Shown here piece by piece: positions 10,575 through 21,200 of a stretch of DNA of 64,000 nucleotides. How positions within the stretch are numbered: the stretch's first letter is position 1; each line of letters starts with the position of its first letter. Source of the DNA: a virus (lineage: Duplodnaviria; Caudoviricetes). The notes below the pieces were generated by a model, which searched no databases, had not been told where the DNA came from, and saw nothing but the letters and a program-made list of their open reading frames with translations. Location: positions 160,467 to 224,466 of the IMG/VR virus record IMGVR_UViG_3300009671_000009; one strand, 5' to 3'. The translations under genes and the position numbers were made by a program.

Positions 10575-11393
10575 TTAGTTTACAACTATATCGTATTGGC
10601 TATCTATATATAGTTGTTCATCCCAATATGGTTTATAGTTCCCTATAAGAATTTGTCTGCGGTTTACTTCCATCCTGCGTATTTCTACGTCTTCTATAAT
10701 TCCTTTACCTACTTCTTTTGCAACATAGATAAGGTCGCTATACACTAGTTGTTGCCCCATAGTGAGTTTATTAATGTGATTAATTAGCGCGGCCTTGATA
10801 TCATTGCTAGTCATTGCTCTGATTTCATCAGATATGTTTCCAAAGAAGGCCAACACAACGTCGAAGAACACAGGAACTTTTTTAGGAGCAACAGCAACTC
10901 CTTTAACTCCAAAAGCTTCTACCCTATCTAGTTCTTCTTGAACCTTAAATACGGCATTGTCTAGATTTTCCATGTTGTCAACTATTACATGAACTGTGAA
11001 TGAACCCGTACCGAACACAAACGGAGTTAGTTCAACATTAACGACGTGATCTACACTAAGTGCTGCCAGTCTAATAGCCGTTTTGTTAGCACCCTCTACA
11101 ACGTATACGTGATTGCTAATACGGTATCGGTAGTTGTCATCGCTCTCTCCAGGTGTACGTGAACAGTTGAGCAACACACCTATTTCATCTAGGAAAGCGC
11201 CAGTTGCTCTACTGACAAATGCCATTACAACATTAAAGTCCAGTGCTTGATAATATGTAGCCAATATCTTGTTAAAAATTAATAAGAGAGCTTGGGCTCT
11301 CGCTCCAGGACTTGTGTTGCTTATGTCAGTATTCTCGAGCAGGCCTTCTGCCATGGCATTGAGTTCTTGCTCTGATTTGTTATATAAAATCAT
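10575..11393 (-). CDS. Baseplate J-like protein
   Basis: 'ATGAFLDEIG...R..GESDDNYRYRI...GANKTAIRLAALSV..V...GTGSFTVHV' matches the baseplate J pattern. Confidence 0.85.
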   Translation of the reverse strand: MILYNKSEQELNAMAEGLLENTDISNTSPGARAQALLLIFNKILATYYQALDFNVVMAFVSRATGAFLDEIGVLLNCSRTPGESDDNYRYRISNHVYVVEGANKTAIRLAALSVDHVVNVELTPFVFGTGSFTVHVIVDNMENLDNAVFKVQEELDRVEAFGVKGVAVAPKKVPVFFDVVLAFFGNISDEIRAMTSNDIKAALINHINKLTMGQQLVYSDLIYVAKEVGKGIIEDVEIRRMEVNRRQILIGNYKPYWDEQLYIDSQYDIVVN

Positions 11394-11396
11394 TTC

Positions 11397-11792
11397 TTAA
11401 CCTCCAAATCCTGAAAGCTTTATTGGGTATTGAATAATATCTTGTTCTCCATCCTCACGCTGCACAACGATGTAATATTTTATTTCATCTCCAGCTGGGA
11501 GGGGAATAACAGTAAGGTCTTCAGATCCAACCAATCCATTCGCTACAAGAGTACTGAATATCCGTGCCGCTCCCTCTTCTCCGATTTCTCTAGAATTAGG
11601 AAACCCAATCAGTTCTTCAAGATCAGCTCCGAAATCTGGATAAACATCAGAATCGTTTTTCTGAGTTTTGACAGCAAGAGAGATATCGTCTTTAGTGCAA
11701 TCAAAGCCTTCGGCTAAAGCAAGATCACCAGTTTCGTCTAAAACAAAATCCCCGTCATTGTCTAGGGCAAGATCTGTTTTATTATATTCCAT
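11397..11792 (-). CDS. Baseplate gp25/XkdS-like (sheath initiator) protein
   Basis: 'DGDFVLDETGDLAL...YPDFGADLEELIG' pattern; lies immediately upstream of the J-like gene. Confidence 0.75.
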   Translation of the reverse strand: MEYNKTDLALDNDGDFVLDETGDLALAEGFDCTKDDISLAVKTQKNDSDVYPDFGADLEELIGFPNSREIGEEGAARIFSTLVANGLVGSEDLTVIPLPAGDEIKYYIVVQREDGEQDIIQYPIKLSGFGG

Positions 11793-11795
11793 CCT

Positions 11796-12254
11796 TTAAC
11801 CTCCTACCTTCATTAGTGCACCTACTGCATTCGATACATAACTAGAAGCATCTTGAAAAGCAGTATTGTACGGCATTAGAGTTCCAGGCTGCACTACGAC
11901 TGGGCCAACAGCGCAACCGCCAGTTAGTATAAACGCAAGGTTTAAGGGGAACTTATTCCACTTTAGCCCTAGTGTATCTGTATACATATCGAATTGTTTT
12001 GTATACACATTAAATTTTGAACAATAGAAAGAGATTGAATCTGTATCTGGATCAATTTTAATACCCAAACCTTCTTTGCTAAAGATGTCGATACCTCCGT
12101 TGTCCCTAACAAACACACTGCCACCATTTGCTCCAACGAGACCTGGTTCTGTATTATGAGCTGTCACCTGTCTATCTAGAGCTTTATCTACATCTTTACA
12201 AGAGTTGCGATCCATCTCGCGTAGTCTTACTTTCCAATTGCTTGCTGTGGCCAT
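11796..12254 (-). CDS. Putative baseplate spike-associated protein
   Basis: 152 aa with short beta-strand repeats ('GSVFVRDNGGIDIFSKEGLGIKIDPDTDSISF'); synteny between hub and gp25-like genes. Confidence 0.45.
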   Translation of the reverse strand: MATASNWKVRLREMDRNSCKDVDKALDRQVTAHNTEPGLVGANGGSVFVRDNGGIDIFSKEGLGIKIDPDTDSISFYCSKFNVYTKQFDMYTDTLGLKWNKFPLNLAFILTGGCAVGPVVVQPGTLMPYNTAFQDASSYVSNAVGALMKVGG

Positions 12255-12611
12255 TTATATACCTCCTGATATCTTTGTCGTGTAAGTCCCAGCGATTCGT
12301 TCGACATAATTTTGCTTAGGAATGGTACACGCAACCACTGGAGCGTTTGAGCTTCCATTTAGAAAACATATTAACACGAAGTCTCCAATGCTAACAGTGC
12401 CATGGACATTCCCCATTTTACTAACATCAACTTCGTCTAGATCAACAACGTTTCCATTGGTAGGATCAACATACTGAATAGACACTCGTCTAGTGTCCTC
12501 ATTGTAATAGGTGATACTCCCCAGAGTTGGGAGTATTTGATTCGTCAATCTTCTTACCTCTGGGGATTCTTTAACTATCTCATATATTTTTTCGTGTAGT
12601 GGGTTAGCCAT
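12255..12611 (-). CDS. Putative baseplate spike OB-fold (gpV N-terminal-like) protein
   Basis: 'GSITYYNEDTRRVSIQY...SIGDFVLICFLNGSSNAPVV' resembles the gpV/gp5 OB domain. Confidence 0.6.
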   Translation of the reverse strand: MANPLHEKIYEIVKESPEVRRLTNQILPTLGSITYYNEDTRRVSIQYVDPTNGNVVDLDEVDVSKMGNVHGTVSIGDFVLICFLNGSSNAPVVACTIPKQNYVERIAGTYTTKISGGI

Positions 12612-15600
12612 TATCCTGCATTAAGCCTCCTGTCGATGCTTATGTCAAACATGGTATACAAGTCGAATGCAACTCCATGACAAGTGCCTTCTCCGTTTAC
12701 AATGACCAATTTTCTTTTTATGAAATCGTCTTTAATCATTTTTTCTCGGTTGGCCCTTGATTTTTCACTCTCACCAGGATTTGCTTTTATTTTGATTGCG
12801 CCATGTTTAAGATGAGCAATTGCATGCATCTTAGAATACTCTAGCTCCTGGGCTCCAAGAGATTGGCTGAATGTTTCAAATTTTCTTTTCATGGCATCCA
12901 TGTTGGCGATGCTTATACTTCCTGCCTGAACAGCAATGTCGAAACACAAAGCAAATCCTCTTTCGGTTTGCAATCCTAAGTATTTAAAGTAGCTTAAAGC
13001 TTTATTAAAATACTCTTCGGCTGCTTCCATTTGGTATCGCTGACAGTTAGGATCTGCACCTAGCCTATGAAAGTAAGTGTTCCATGGCTCACGGACATAT
13101 CTCTTGTAGTCCTTTCCTTTGGTGTAAGAAAGCTTGTCTCCCCAAGCGATAGCCTGAGAGGGTGTCATCCTAAGCATCCGCTGCAATTCTCCGTAGTCTT
13201 TTCCAAAGATTGACTGAACTGTTGATGAATGACTAGCAACCATCCTCTTGAGCAGTGCTTGCAAAGTTCCAGATTTTAAGTTGAATTGTAAAGTTCCAAA
13301 ACTTAGCCCTGCTCCATCAAAGTTACCAGAGACAACAGCAAATGAACCAGGAGGAGCAATACTCGTTTCAAACGTGCCTGTCATCATTAAGATTTTTTTC
13401 TTAAACTCATCGTCATAGTTGACTGTATTTGCACCAAAGAGTGCATCGCCAACTTCAACGCTGCTGCTTCCGAACAGTATCCTAGGACTGAGGTCTGGGT
13501 CTTCAGTATTAAACATTGTTTGAACCCACCCTGGCAAGGTTTGAATTATCTTATCCCACCAGCTGATCTTACTCTTGCCACCAACTGAACAGACAGTTAT
13601 TCCCTTGTGACCAGTTATCCCTGCAGAGAATTCTTGACCTTTAACTTGCAGTAGGCTCATAACAACACACTGAGCCTCGCTTAGTTTACGCTCTACCATG
13701 TTAGAAATAATCTTAGATGCTAATATCAGCGAAGCCGTGACAGCAAGCATAGCCCAACCAGGCACGGCAGCAGCTTTAACAAAGTTGCCTGCTTGAGTTA
13801 AAGCGTTTTGGGTTTGGCCTAAACCTGCACTGGCCTGCCACAACCCTTTGGTAACTACTCCTGTTCCGTATCTGTCCATTAACCATGTAGCACTTTGGGC
13901 TCCCCTGCCCATCATCTGTCCTAGCCTTAACAACATTGCTCCTCTAAGCGACCCTGCTCCTTGGCAAGTCAATCCCCAACTGAGTAATGTTCCCGATGCT
14001 ACTGAAGCTGCCCATACGAGCCGATCAGAAAATTCTGATTCCATTACTCCTGCAGCACAATCTGGGGAAACACTAGAGATGAAGCCTGTATCTAATGAAA
14101 ATTGATGAACAACTTGCTTTACAAATGCGGCACCGAACATCTCGTTATAAGCATCCCCGATATACATTCCGTCGTGGGGTTTGACGCTAGGATCACCCAT
14201 AATGACAAGATCCCCTTGATACATGTCTTTCATATAATCTCTGACAGTGCTCATGGCAAGGAACTGCGCTGTTTTCAAAGTGCCTAATTGCATTTGACAC
14301 CATTCATAAATTCCAGAAATAAACGATAAGAACGCAAAAGGCTTCCTTGCATATAGTTCGGAAACAATTGATGTGGTTCTTTGGATATGTGGATAAATAT
14401 CCTTATCAGCATTCGCTTTTACTGTTTCTTCAACAATAGAATGGTCTAGATTAAATATCTTGTCTCGAGCTACAGTTGCAATAACGTTATGATACATTCC
14501 TTGAGATGTAGCCTTCACTCTATTATCTAGTATATGTCCGAAAGAGGTATACAGATGCCATTGCCGAAACGGTTTTTTCTTAGCCCGCACGTAGAATCCT
14601 AGTTTTCTTTTTGTACCATCTTGATAAGAATGAGCTTCGGCGTATCCTTCCTTTTTAGTGGAAGATATGTCGTACCCATATGTTAGCGGCCACCACGGCT
14701 TTCCATAAAAGAGTGTTGATCTAAATTCAAACGGGTGAACTGCAGCTGTGTAATTTGGAACGTACATCGATAGTAGCTGTGCGACATCCCAGGTGGTCTT
14801 GCCTTCCATCATCAGATGGATATTAGGCTCGTCATTTGCATCCAGCCCCAGCTCGCCGTTTTCGCGAATGCCTGTTCCGTTTCCAGGATAGATGTTTTGT
14901 CCGAGTTCGCCCGCATCTTCATATAGGCCCATTAAAAAGTTCGGAGTTCCAAAGTGGGTTATTCCGTGACTGTCATCTAGCATCCAGTTTGTTTTGATCG
15001 CAGACCAAAAACGGCTGAAGCCTTGCTTGTCTCCTCTGATGAGCAGTCTAGCGAGCATGTTGCTAGGCTCTTCGCCTTGCTTGAGATTACCAGCAACCCA
15101 CCCGTTTCGGTAGTTTAGAACACTACATAACTCTAAAGCGTCGCTCTGCGCAATAACATTCAATATCTCTCCACAGCTGACTTCAGTAACTGTGCCGTTA
15201 AACATTATCGGCAACTCAGTTAAGTTGTTGCCATAACCCATTCTGACATGCAATCTTGCTCCAGGCAACAGACCCATATGCTCTTGAATAGCTGCGTGTC
15301 GTTGTTTCATTTCTTCATCGATAGAAAGCTGAAAGAATCGGTTTAGGTTGAACTCTACTTTTCCTATCTTGAATTTTCTATCTACAAATCTTTGATAGGT
15401 ATTGGCTACCGACATAAAAACAGTATCGGCAGCAATCTTTCTGCTCTTAACAACATCGATGCTGCTTATTGCGTTGAGCCCATAGAAGTTGTCCCAGAGT
15501 TTGTACCAACCTATTCTTACACCTTCATCTACAAGAAAAACATGACAAGTCGGAAAAGCCCTAGCCATAGTTCCTGTTTTGTCGTATGTCTTAGCGTCGT

Positions 15601-18217
15601 GCCATTCACTGCTCCACTCTGGTTCCGCTGCTCTCCCTTCGGGGCCATATCCTATCGGTCTAGGCTTACCATCGTCTGGAATATATTCGACATCATATAA
15701 TTCTGTCAGCATATTTCTTTTTACTGCTTCATCATATGGCAAAACTTTGTATCCCATCTCAGCTGCTATTCTATAGCCTTCTTGCTTGGCTCGTTCTTCT
15801 ATGGCAGTTTTGGAATATTTTTCGTTATATTCTTGGACGCTTAATTTACGAGCGTCTCTGAATTGACCAGCTTCAGCAGCGTTTTGGATGCTACCAAGAT
15901 GTTTTTCGATAACCTTTTCGGGGTGTTTTGATAGCTCAATAGCCTCCTGGACATAGAACTCTACACTCTTCATGTAGTTATCGTGTTGTTCTTTGGCACT
16001 TTCCGAAATAAGACTTTTCGACCTTGAGTTTATCCTATCCGAAGTTTTATCACCGATCTTGAAGTCGTATTCGTAAACTCTGGAAGTGGAAGTATCTGTC
16101 TCGTAGATAGTCATCTCTGGTTGGCGGGCAATAACTTCTTTAGTCAAATGTCTCATATCAAAATGGGGCCTAAAATAAAAATCGGGATCAACATATACTC
16201 CTGCATTTTCTGGACGTGGATAACCTTCTTTGCGACCGATGCTCTTTAGAAACTTATCGACCTCGTCATAAGTTGGCAAATCTAAGTCTGGATAGAGATT
16301 GATATTTTTGAATAGCGATTCAAGACGTGCCCACTCTATTGTTTCATTTACAGTGTTTGGCTTAATCCCTTTAGGAAAGATAACATATCCAGGCTTAAAT
16401 GTTTTGGAATTAAAGATAGAAGGCGAAGTATTAATTATCGGATTCTCTCCATCATGAGAGATAATTTCGCCGTATTCTCTCTTCTTCTGTGTTATATCAA
16501 AATCCATAAAGGTCATCTCTACATAGTACCTACCAGGGAAGTTAGGGACTGTAGAACAGCTCAGCGTATCAATGAACACGTAGTTAATACCGAACAGCTG
16601 TAGAAGATCGTTCTTCAATCTAACATAATTAGCTACCATGTCATATTTATATTCGCGCGCCACTCTTTGACAGTACTCATATAGATCTTGTAATCCCTTA
16701 AGTGCCTCATCACCAAACACTTCCATTGAAATCTTGCCGTAAACATCTTGGGTGCCCAAAAATTGATACGCTGGAGCCTCATATCCAAGCAAAGGTAATC
16801 TAGCAAAAGTGTTCTGATACGACACAGCTACATCTGTAACTATGATACTAGAGTAGTTGATATCATGAATTTTAAGGTATCGGCTGGTATCGAGGTTACC
16901 CTCTTCTTCGGTTTTCTTTTGCTCTACAAAGGCCTGTTCTATTGATAGAGTATTCTTAAGATGCTGATAGAACTCTTCCTTTTTAGTGCTCCATTTGCCT
17001 TCGGAATATCTAAAAGTAAGCCAACCTTCTCCTAGAAACGGAAAGACCAGAGGCGGTTTCTCGTCGCATTTGAGCTTGTTAAGATTACTAAAGTGCTGAA
17101 CTTTGATTGCAATCCAGCCATATCTGCTTAATGTTGCGCCACCATAGCCAGCCTCTGCACGAGTATAATCTATTTTCCAGTAGTCAGAATTTCTCGTACA
17201 ACGCTCTCCGCGGGTAGCTTTGTCAAATTCTTCGAAAGCCTTTTCGAAAGTTCTAACATCAGCTTCGGCACGTTCAAATCTGTTTCTAACTGCGTCACCG
17301 ACCGTCATCCCACTCTTTGCGGCAAGTTGCCTTTCCGCTTTTCGTTCATGTAAAAACGTCTCATCCATTGTAAAGAACGCTATTCCACTATCAGAACGAG
17401 TCATCGGTTTGAGTTTCTGACCAACGGTGTTATCCATAAGCCCTCTCTTGTAATACCACCTGTAGAGGTCTCCATCTATGGTATCTACAAAAGAAGGTTC
17501 TTGAGGCATAAAGGCCATATACTCAAACGCAAATAGAGTTATTGTCGCCTGTAACGATCTTGGGAATCCTTCTACTGTTTGCACAGTTAAATCATGCAAG
17601 CACACTGCATCTATTTTATGAACATAATTTAAGTAGTGGTTTAAGACTGGAACGAAAGGAGTTCTCATAAACTGAGAAATTAAAGACATAAGACTGTTGT
17701 CGTTACCAGATGAAGGCCCGTTAATAGAATATAAATCAGGAAAAAACAAGGTTAAAGAAATTCTAGTATCGGTATGTCCACTCTGCGATTTAATACTACC
17801 CTTTGATCTTATGGTTGGAACTCTTTTGGTTGTACTTATCTTGTCCACTTTAATCGAAGTAGGAGGAACATAAAATACGCTTGAACCCAGCTGTAACTTA
17901 TGATAGTAATCCTCTTGTTTGAGGAGAGAGGATATTTGATCCTGTCTCTCCTCCACATACAAGATTTTGGTAATAGAGTTATCCTTTAGACTAGGGAAGT
18001 AAAGAGTTACTTTATCGCCGCTGGTAATAGTCCTATTGGTGCCTTTGTAACAAAGCACACCTCGTCCGTTGTCAACATCAAAGACGCTCGAGAACTTATC
18101 CCGTGTAACAGTAACATTTTTTGTCCCTTGACCTTTATCAGCTATTGTAGCAAAGGCTACATGGTCTGGGCCAACAAAACTTATCTTAGCATATACAATT
18201 ACTTCTTTTTGTGCCAT
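12611..18217 (-). CDS. Baseplate hub / tail-associated protein with C-terminal lysozyme-superfamily peptidoglycan hydrolase (1868 aa)
   Basis: Hub-like motifs 'GARLHVRMGYG...MFNGTVTEV' and 'GDLVIMGDPSVKPHD...VKQVVHQFS..GFIS'. The C-terminal domain (~12611-13410) 'FETS...VSGNFDGAGLSFGTLQFN...ALCFDIAVQAG' is lysozyme/chitosanase-like. Confidence 0.7.
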   Translation of the reverse strand: MAQKEVIVYAKISFVGPDHVAFATIADKGQGTKNVTVTRDKFSSVFDVDNGRGVLCYKGTNRTITSGDKVTLYFPSLKDNSITKILYVEERQDQISSLLKQEDYYHKLQLGSSVFYVPPTSIKVDKISTTKRVPTIRSKGSIKSQSGHTDTRISLTLFFPDLYSINGPSSGNDNSLMSLISQFMRTPFVPVLNHYLNYVHKIDAVCLHDLTVQTVEGFPRSLQATITLFAFEYMAFMPQEPSFVDTIDGDLYRWYYKRGLMDNTVGQKLKPMTRSDSGIAFFTMDETFLHERKAERQLAAKSGMTVGDAVRNRFERAEADVRTFEKAFEEFDKATRGERCTRNSDYWKIDYTRAEAGYGGATLSRYGWIAIKVQHFSNLNKLKCDEKPPLVFPFLGEGWLTFRYSEGKWSTKKEEFYQHLKNTLSIEQAFVEQKKTEEEGNLDTSRYLKIHDINYSSIIVTDVAVSYQNTFARLPLLGYEAPAYQFLGTQDVYGKISMEVFGDEALKGLQDLYEYCQRVAREYKYDMVANYVRLKNDLLQLFGINYVFIDTLSCSTVPNFPGRYYVEMTFMDFDITQKKREYGEIISHDGENPIINTSPSIFNSKTFKPGYVIFPKGIKPNTVNETIEWARLESLFKNINLYPDLDLPTYDEVDKFLKSIGRKEGYPRPENAGVYVDPDFYFRPHFDMRHLTKEVIARQPEMTIYETDTSTSRVYEYDFKIGDKTSDRINSRSKSLISESAKEQHDNYMKSVEFYVQEAIELSKHPEKVIEKHLGSIQNAAEAGQFRDARKLSVQEYNEKYSKTAIEERAKQEGYRIAAEMGYKVLPYDEAVKRNMLTELYDVEYIPDDGKPRPIGYGPEGRAAEPEWSSEWHDAKTYDKTGTMARAFPTCHVFLVDEGVRIGWYKLWDNFYGLNAISSIDVVKSRKIAADTVFMSVANTYQRFVDRKFKIGKVEFNLNRFFQLSIDEEMKQRHAAIQEHMGLLPGARLHVRMGYGNNLTELPIMFNGTVTEVSCGEILNVIAQSDALELCSVLNYRNGWVAGNLKQGEEPSNMLARLLIRGDKQGFSRFWSAIKTNWMLDDSHGITHFGTPNFLMGLYEDAGELGQNIYPGNGTGIRENGELGLDANDEPNIHLMMEGKTTWDVAQLLSMYVPNYTAAVHPFEFRSTLFYGKPWWPLTYGYDISSTKKEGYAEAHSYQDGTKRKLGFYVRAKKKPFRQWHLYTSFGHILDNRVKATSQGMYHNVIATVARDKIFNLDHSIVEETVKANADKDIYPHIQRTTSIVSELYARKPFAFLSFISGIYEWCQMQLGTLKTAQFLAMSTVRDYMKDMYQGDLVIMGDPSVKPHDGMYIGDAYNEMFGAAFVKQVVHQFSLDTGFISSVSPDCAAGVMESEFSDRLVWAASVASGTLLSWGLTCQGAGSLRGAMLLRLGQMMGRGAQSATWLMDRYGTGVVTKGLWQASAGLGQTQNALTQAGNFVKAAAVPGWAMLAVTASLILASKIISNMVERKLSEAQCVVMSLLQVKGQEFSAGITGHKGITVCSVGGKSKISWWDKIIQTLPGWVQTMFNTEDPDLSPRILFGSSSVEVGDALFGANTVNYDDEFKKKILMMTGTFETSIAPPGSFAVVSGNFDGAGLSFGTLQFNLKSGTLQALLKRMVASHSSTVQSIFGKDYGELQRMLRMTPSQAIAWGDKLSYTKGKDYKRYVREPWNTYFHRLGADPNCQRYQMEAAEEYFNKALSYFKYLGLQTERGFALCFDIAVQAGSISIANMDAMKRKFETFSQSLGAQELEYSKMHAIAHLKHGAIKIKANPGESEKSRANREKMIKDDFIKRKLVIVNGEGTCHGVAFDLYTMFDISIDRRLNAG

Positions 18218-18228
18218 CTTGATTCTCC

Positions 18229-21200
18229 TTAATAGCTGTTTGGATCTTGGTTAACTCTCCCATAATTTAGAGCTTGACCTAAAAGATTTTGGGCAAAATT
18301 ATGATCAATAGTGCTGGTATCGTCTTTTTGGAATATGTTTACCGTACCTTCTTTGACTTGTTTCTGAACAGCATCAGATAAAGTACTCACATCGATATTC
18401 TTGCGGTTTTTAGCCTTGGCTGTAATTATTTGTCCATTGACCTGGGCTTCTACTCCGCTGTTCATTTCGACTCTGGCAACAGGAGTACCGTATCCCACTT
18501 CATTCGGAAGCATTTCGGGTTTTGGTTCTTTTCTGGCTGCGGTATTGGCAACAATAGCTCCAGCTCCAATGGCAGCACCTATCTTAGCCCACTTGGGGAT
18601 TTTCTTCCACAGACTTGCTTCCTGAACAACGTTCGCTGCAGTTTCTGCCATAGTGTCTTGTACAGCATCAGCTACAACAGTGGCTGCGCCTCCTGCTCTG
18701 GTCATTGTAGCAGCAATATCTTCTAAGTTATTCATATGCATATGTTTTAGCTTATCGTAGAACATCTCTTTGGCTATTGCGTATTGTCCACCTTGTGAAG
18801 TAGCTTTGGCAAAAGATTCGACCACATCAGTAGGTACAAAGCTTTTCATGTATGCTTCACTGTTAGGATCGATAGCCAGGTACTGAGAAAACATATTGGC
18901 AAGATCGCCGCCGCGCTTGCGGGAATATGCTGTATCACTAAAAAACATCTTGGAAGCTGCGCCACCAAAGTATTCTGGTGATACACGATCTACGGTATCT
19001 CGTACTTGTTCAATGTTCTGCAACATTTGATCTGCCATAGTAGTTTTAATTCTTGACATGGCAGTGTCGTTAATTAAATCGCCCTCGGCGACACCTAGCG
19101 ATGAAAGTACTTCTCCAGCTCCACTCCAGCTCAATGCTACTTCGTCACTAATGGCCGAAGCATAGGCTTCACCCCAGTCACGCACTAGCCCCTTACCACG
19201 CTTAAGAGATCCTTTAAGAGCATCTAATGCTTCGAACGAAAGAGGGTTTCCACCACGCTTACCCTTGAGGGTAACTTGTTCTGTTGTGGTTTCGGTAAAA
19301 GCATTAAGTAGTTCTATACGACGCATTCTTTCGGCTGGGTCATCAATACCTTCAAAAACAGCCATTCCTACGTCTCCATATCTTTGGGCAAGATTGTACA
19401 TTGGGCCTGCAGCTGTCTTTGAGAGATGAGCATTCATTACTCTTTCAACATAAGAATGGCCGCTGAAAAGATTAGGATCTTGCAAACTATTACCGAGGTA
19501 CTTTTCCCACGAGGTTCCAGCCTGAATACTCTGTTCGTTCAGGTATTTATATCTCAGATGATTGGCCAACCGATTGTTGTATTCAGTTTGTTTACGATGA
19601 ACACTCGCCAGGTTCATTTGCATTCTAGCAAATGATTCGTTGTCCATATCTAGCATTCTCTTAGAGAACGGAGATAGCATTGCAACTTGGTCACCATCGA
19701 AGTCTGCGTTGGCAAGTGCTGCATCTACTGCTGACATTCTAGCGACCCTGCCTTGGAGTCCTTCTTTGACCCTGATATTCATGATAGCAAAGTTGCCAGC
19801 CCATTCATTTGGGTCACGCATCATAATACCATAAAAGCCTTTATCGCTTCTAAGAGCTCTCATGATATTCTCGTCTGCTCCCTCAAAGAGCTCTCTTGCA
19901 AAGTCTTCGCCGATTTCCATAGTTCCACTTAAGTTGGCAGCAACTTCGAGATTAGCTGAAATATTTTGTGCCTTAAGTCGAGCTGAGGTAGGCATCCTAG
20001 TTTTCATTGCTCTTTCCATTACAGCGCCACCAGAAGAACTGATATTATATCCAAGTTCATCGATGTATTGTTTAACATGAGTCTTCATGGCACCAATGGC
20101 TTCTTCTCTAGTTCTGAAAGCGCCATGGGCAGCATCTACAGTATTAAATGACTCAACCGCTTTGATATCTTCAAATATGTTCATAAGCGCTCTGTTTTGG
20201 TTCTCAAGAAAAATTCTACCTTGGGAATCTCTACCGATAGGAGCTCTAGCCACTGGTAATGTAGAAATTGCTCTTCTGGCACTTCCAAGATCTACAGCGA
20301 TTTCAGTTGGAAGTTTTAGGGCAAACATTCCTTTTTCGGTGTCTAAAATAGTATCTTCGAGTTGTCCTCGCGAAAACCATGAACGACCAAGTATCTCGCC
20401 AAACCCTTTGTCGAAATCTCCAGCGTCAAGCTGAGCAAGTTCACCCATTCTGCTAGGGTCAACCAAGTATCCAATTGCCCTTGACATCTCACTAGCAGCT
20501 TGGCGATGCTTACCAAGACCAGGCATATCGCGAGCCTCATCTGTCATGTAATTAAGAATGGCATCCATGTCAGCTCCAATGATTGCGCCCTTGGCTTTCA
20601 ATGAGCGAATCTCTCTTGGGCCAATTCTGAGACCTGCTCCTACCGTTCTGTCCGAGCCCAGATAGTTAGAGAATCTAAAAGTTTCGTTGATATTCATACG
20701 GCGAAGCTCAACTAGTTCCTTATCTACTTCTCTTCCTCCTGGAAGAACAACAGACAAGTCATTGCCAAACTTTGCCATGAGACTATTCATTTTAGACTCA
20801 AAGGCTTCTGGCTGTAAACTTAGATTTTTATCGGCCAACATTTGTGTGGCATCTGGTACAACAAAACTCAGTCCTGTTCTGCCTGGCAATTGTACTAGTT
20901 CTGTTGCTCCAAACATACTCGACATTTCTTTACGAATTTCTTCAAGCTTCAACGGATTATTTTGGTATTGTTCTGCCAACAAAGCAAGCCTACCTTTTAG
21001 AGTAGCAGATAAGTCTTGATATTTTTTTGGATTTCCAAGATGTATAAGATGAGTATCTTGTCCAAAGATCTCATGCATTGCTTTGCTCACCGCATCAGAT
21101 TTATCTGGAGCACCAAGAAAGCTCATTGTGCTTTTCCTGGTATCATGCATTACTTTTACAGACTCTTCAGCTTCGTATATAGCCTCTGCATTCAAGCGAA

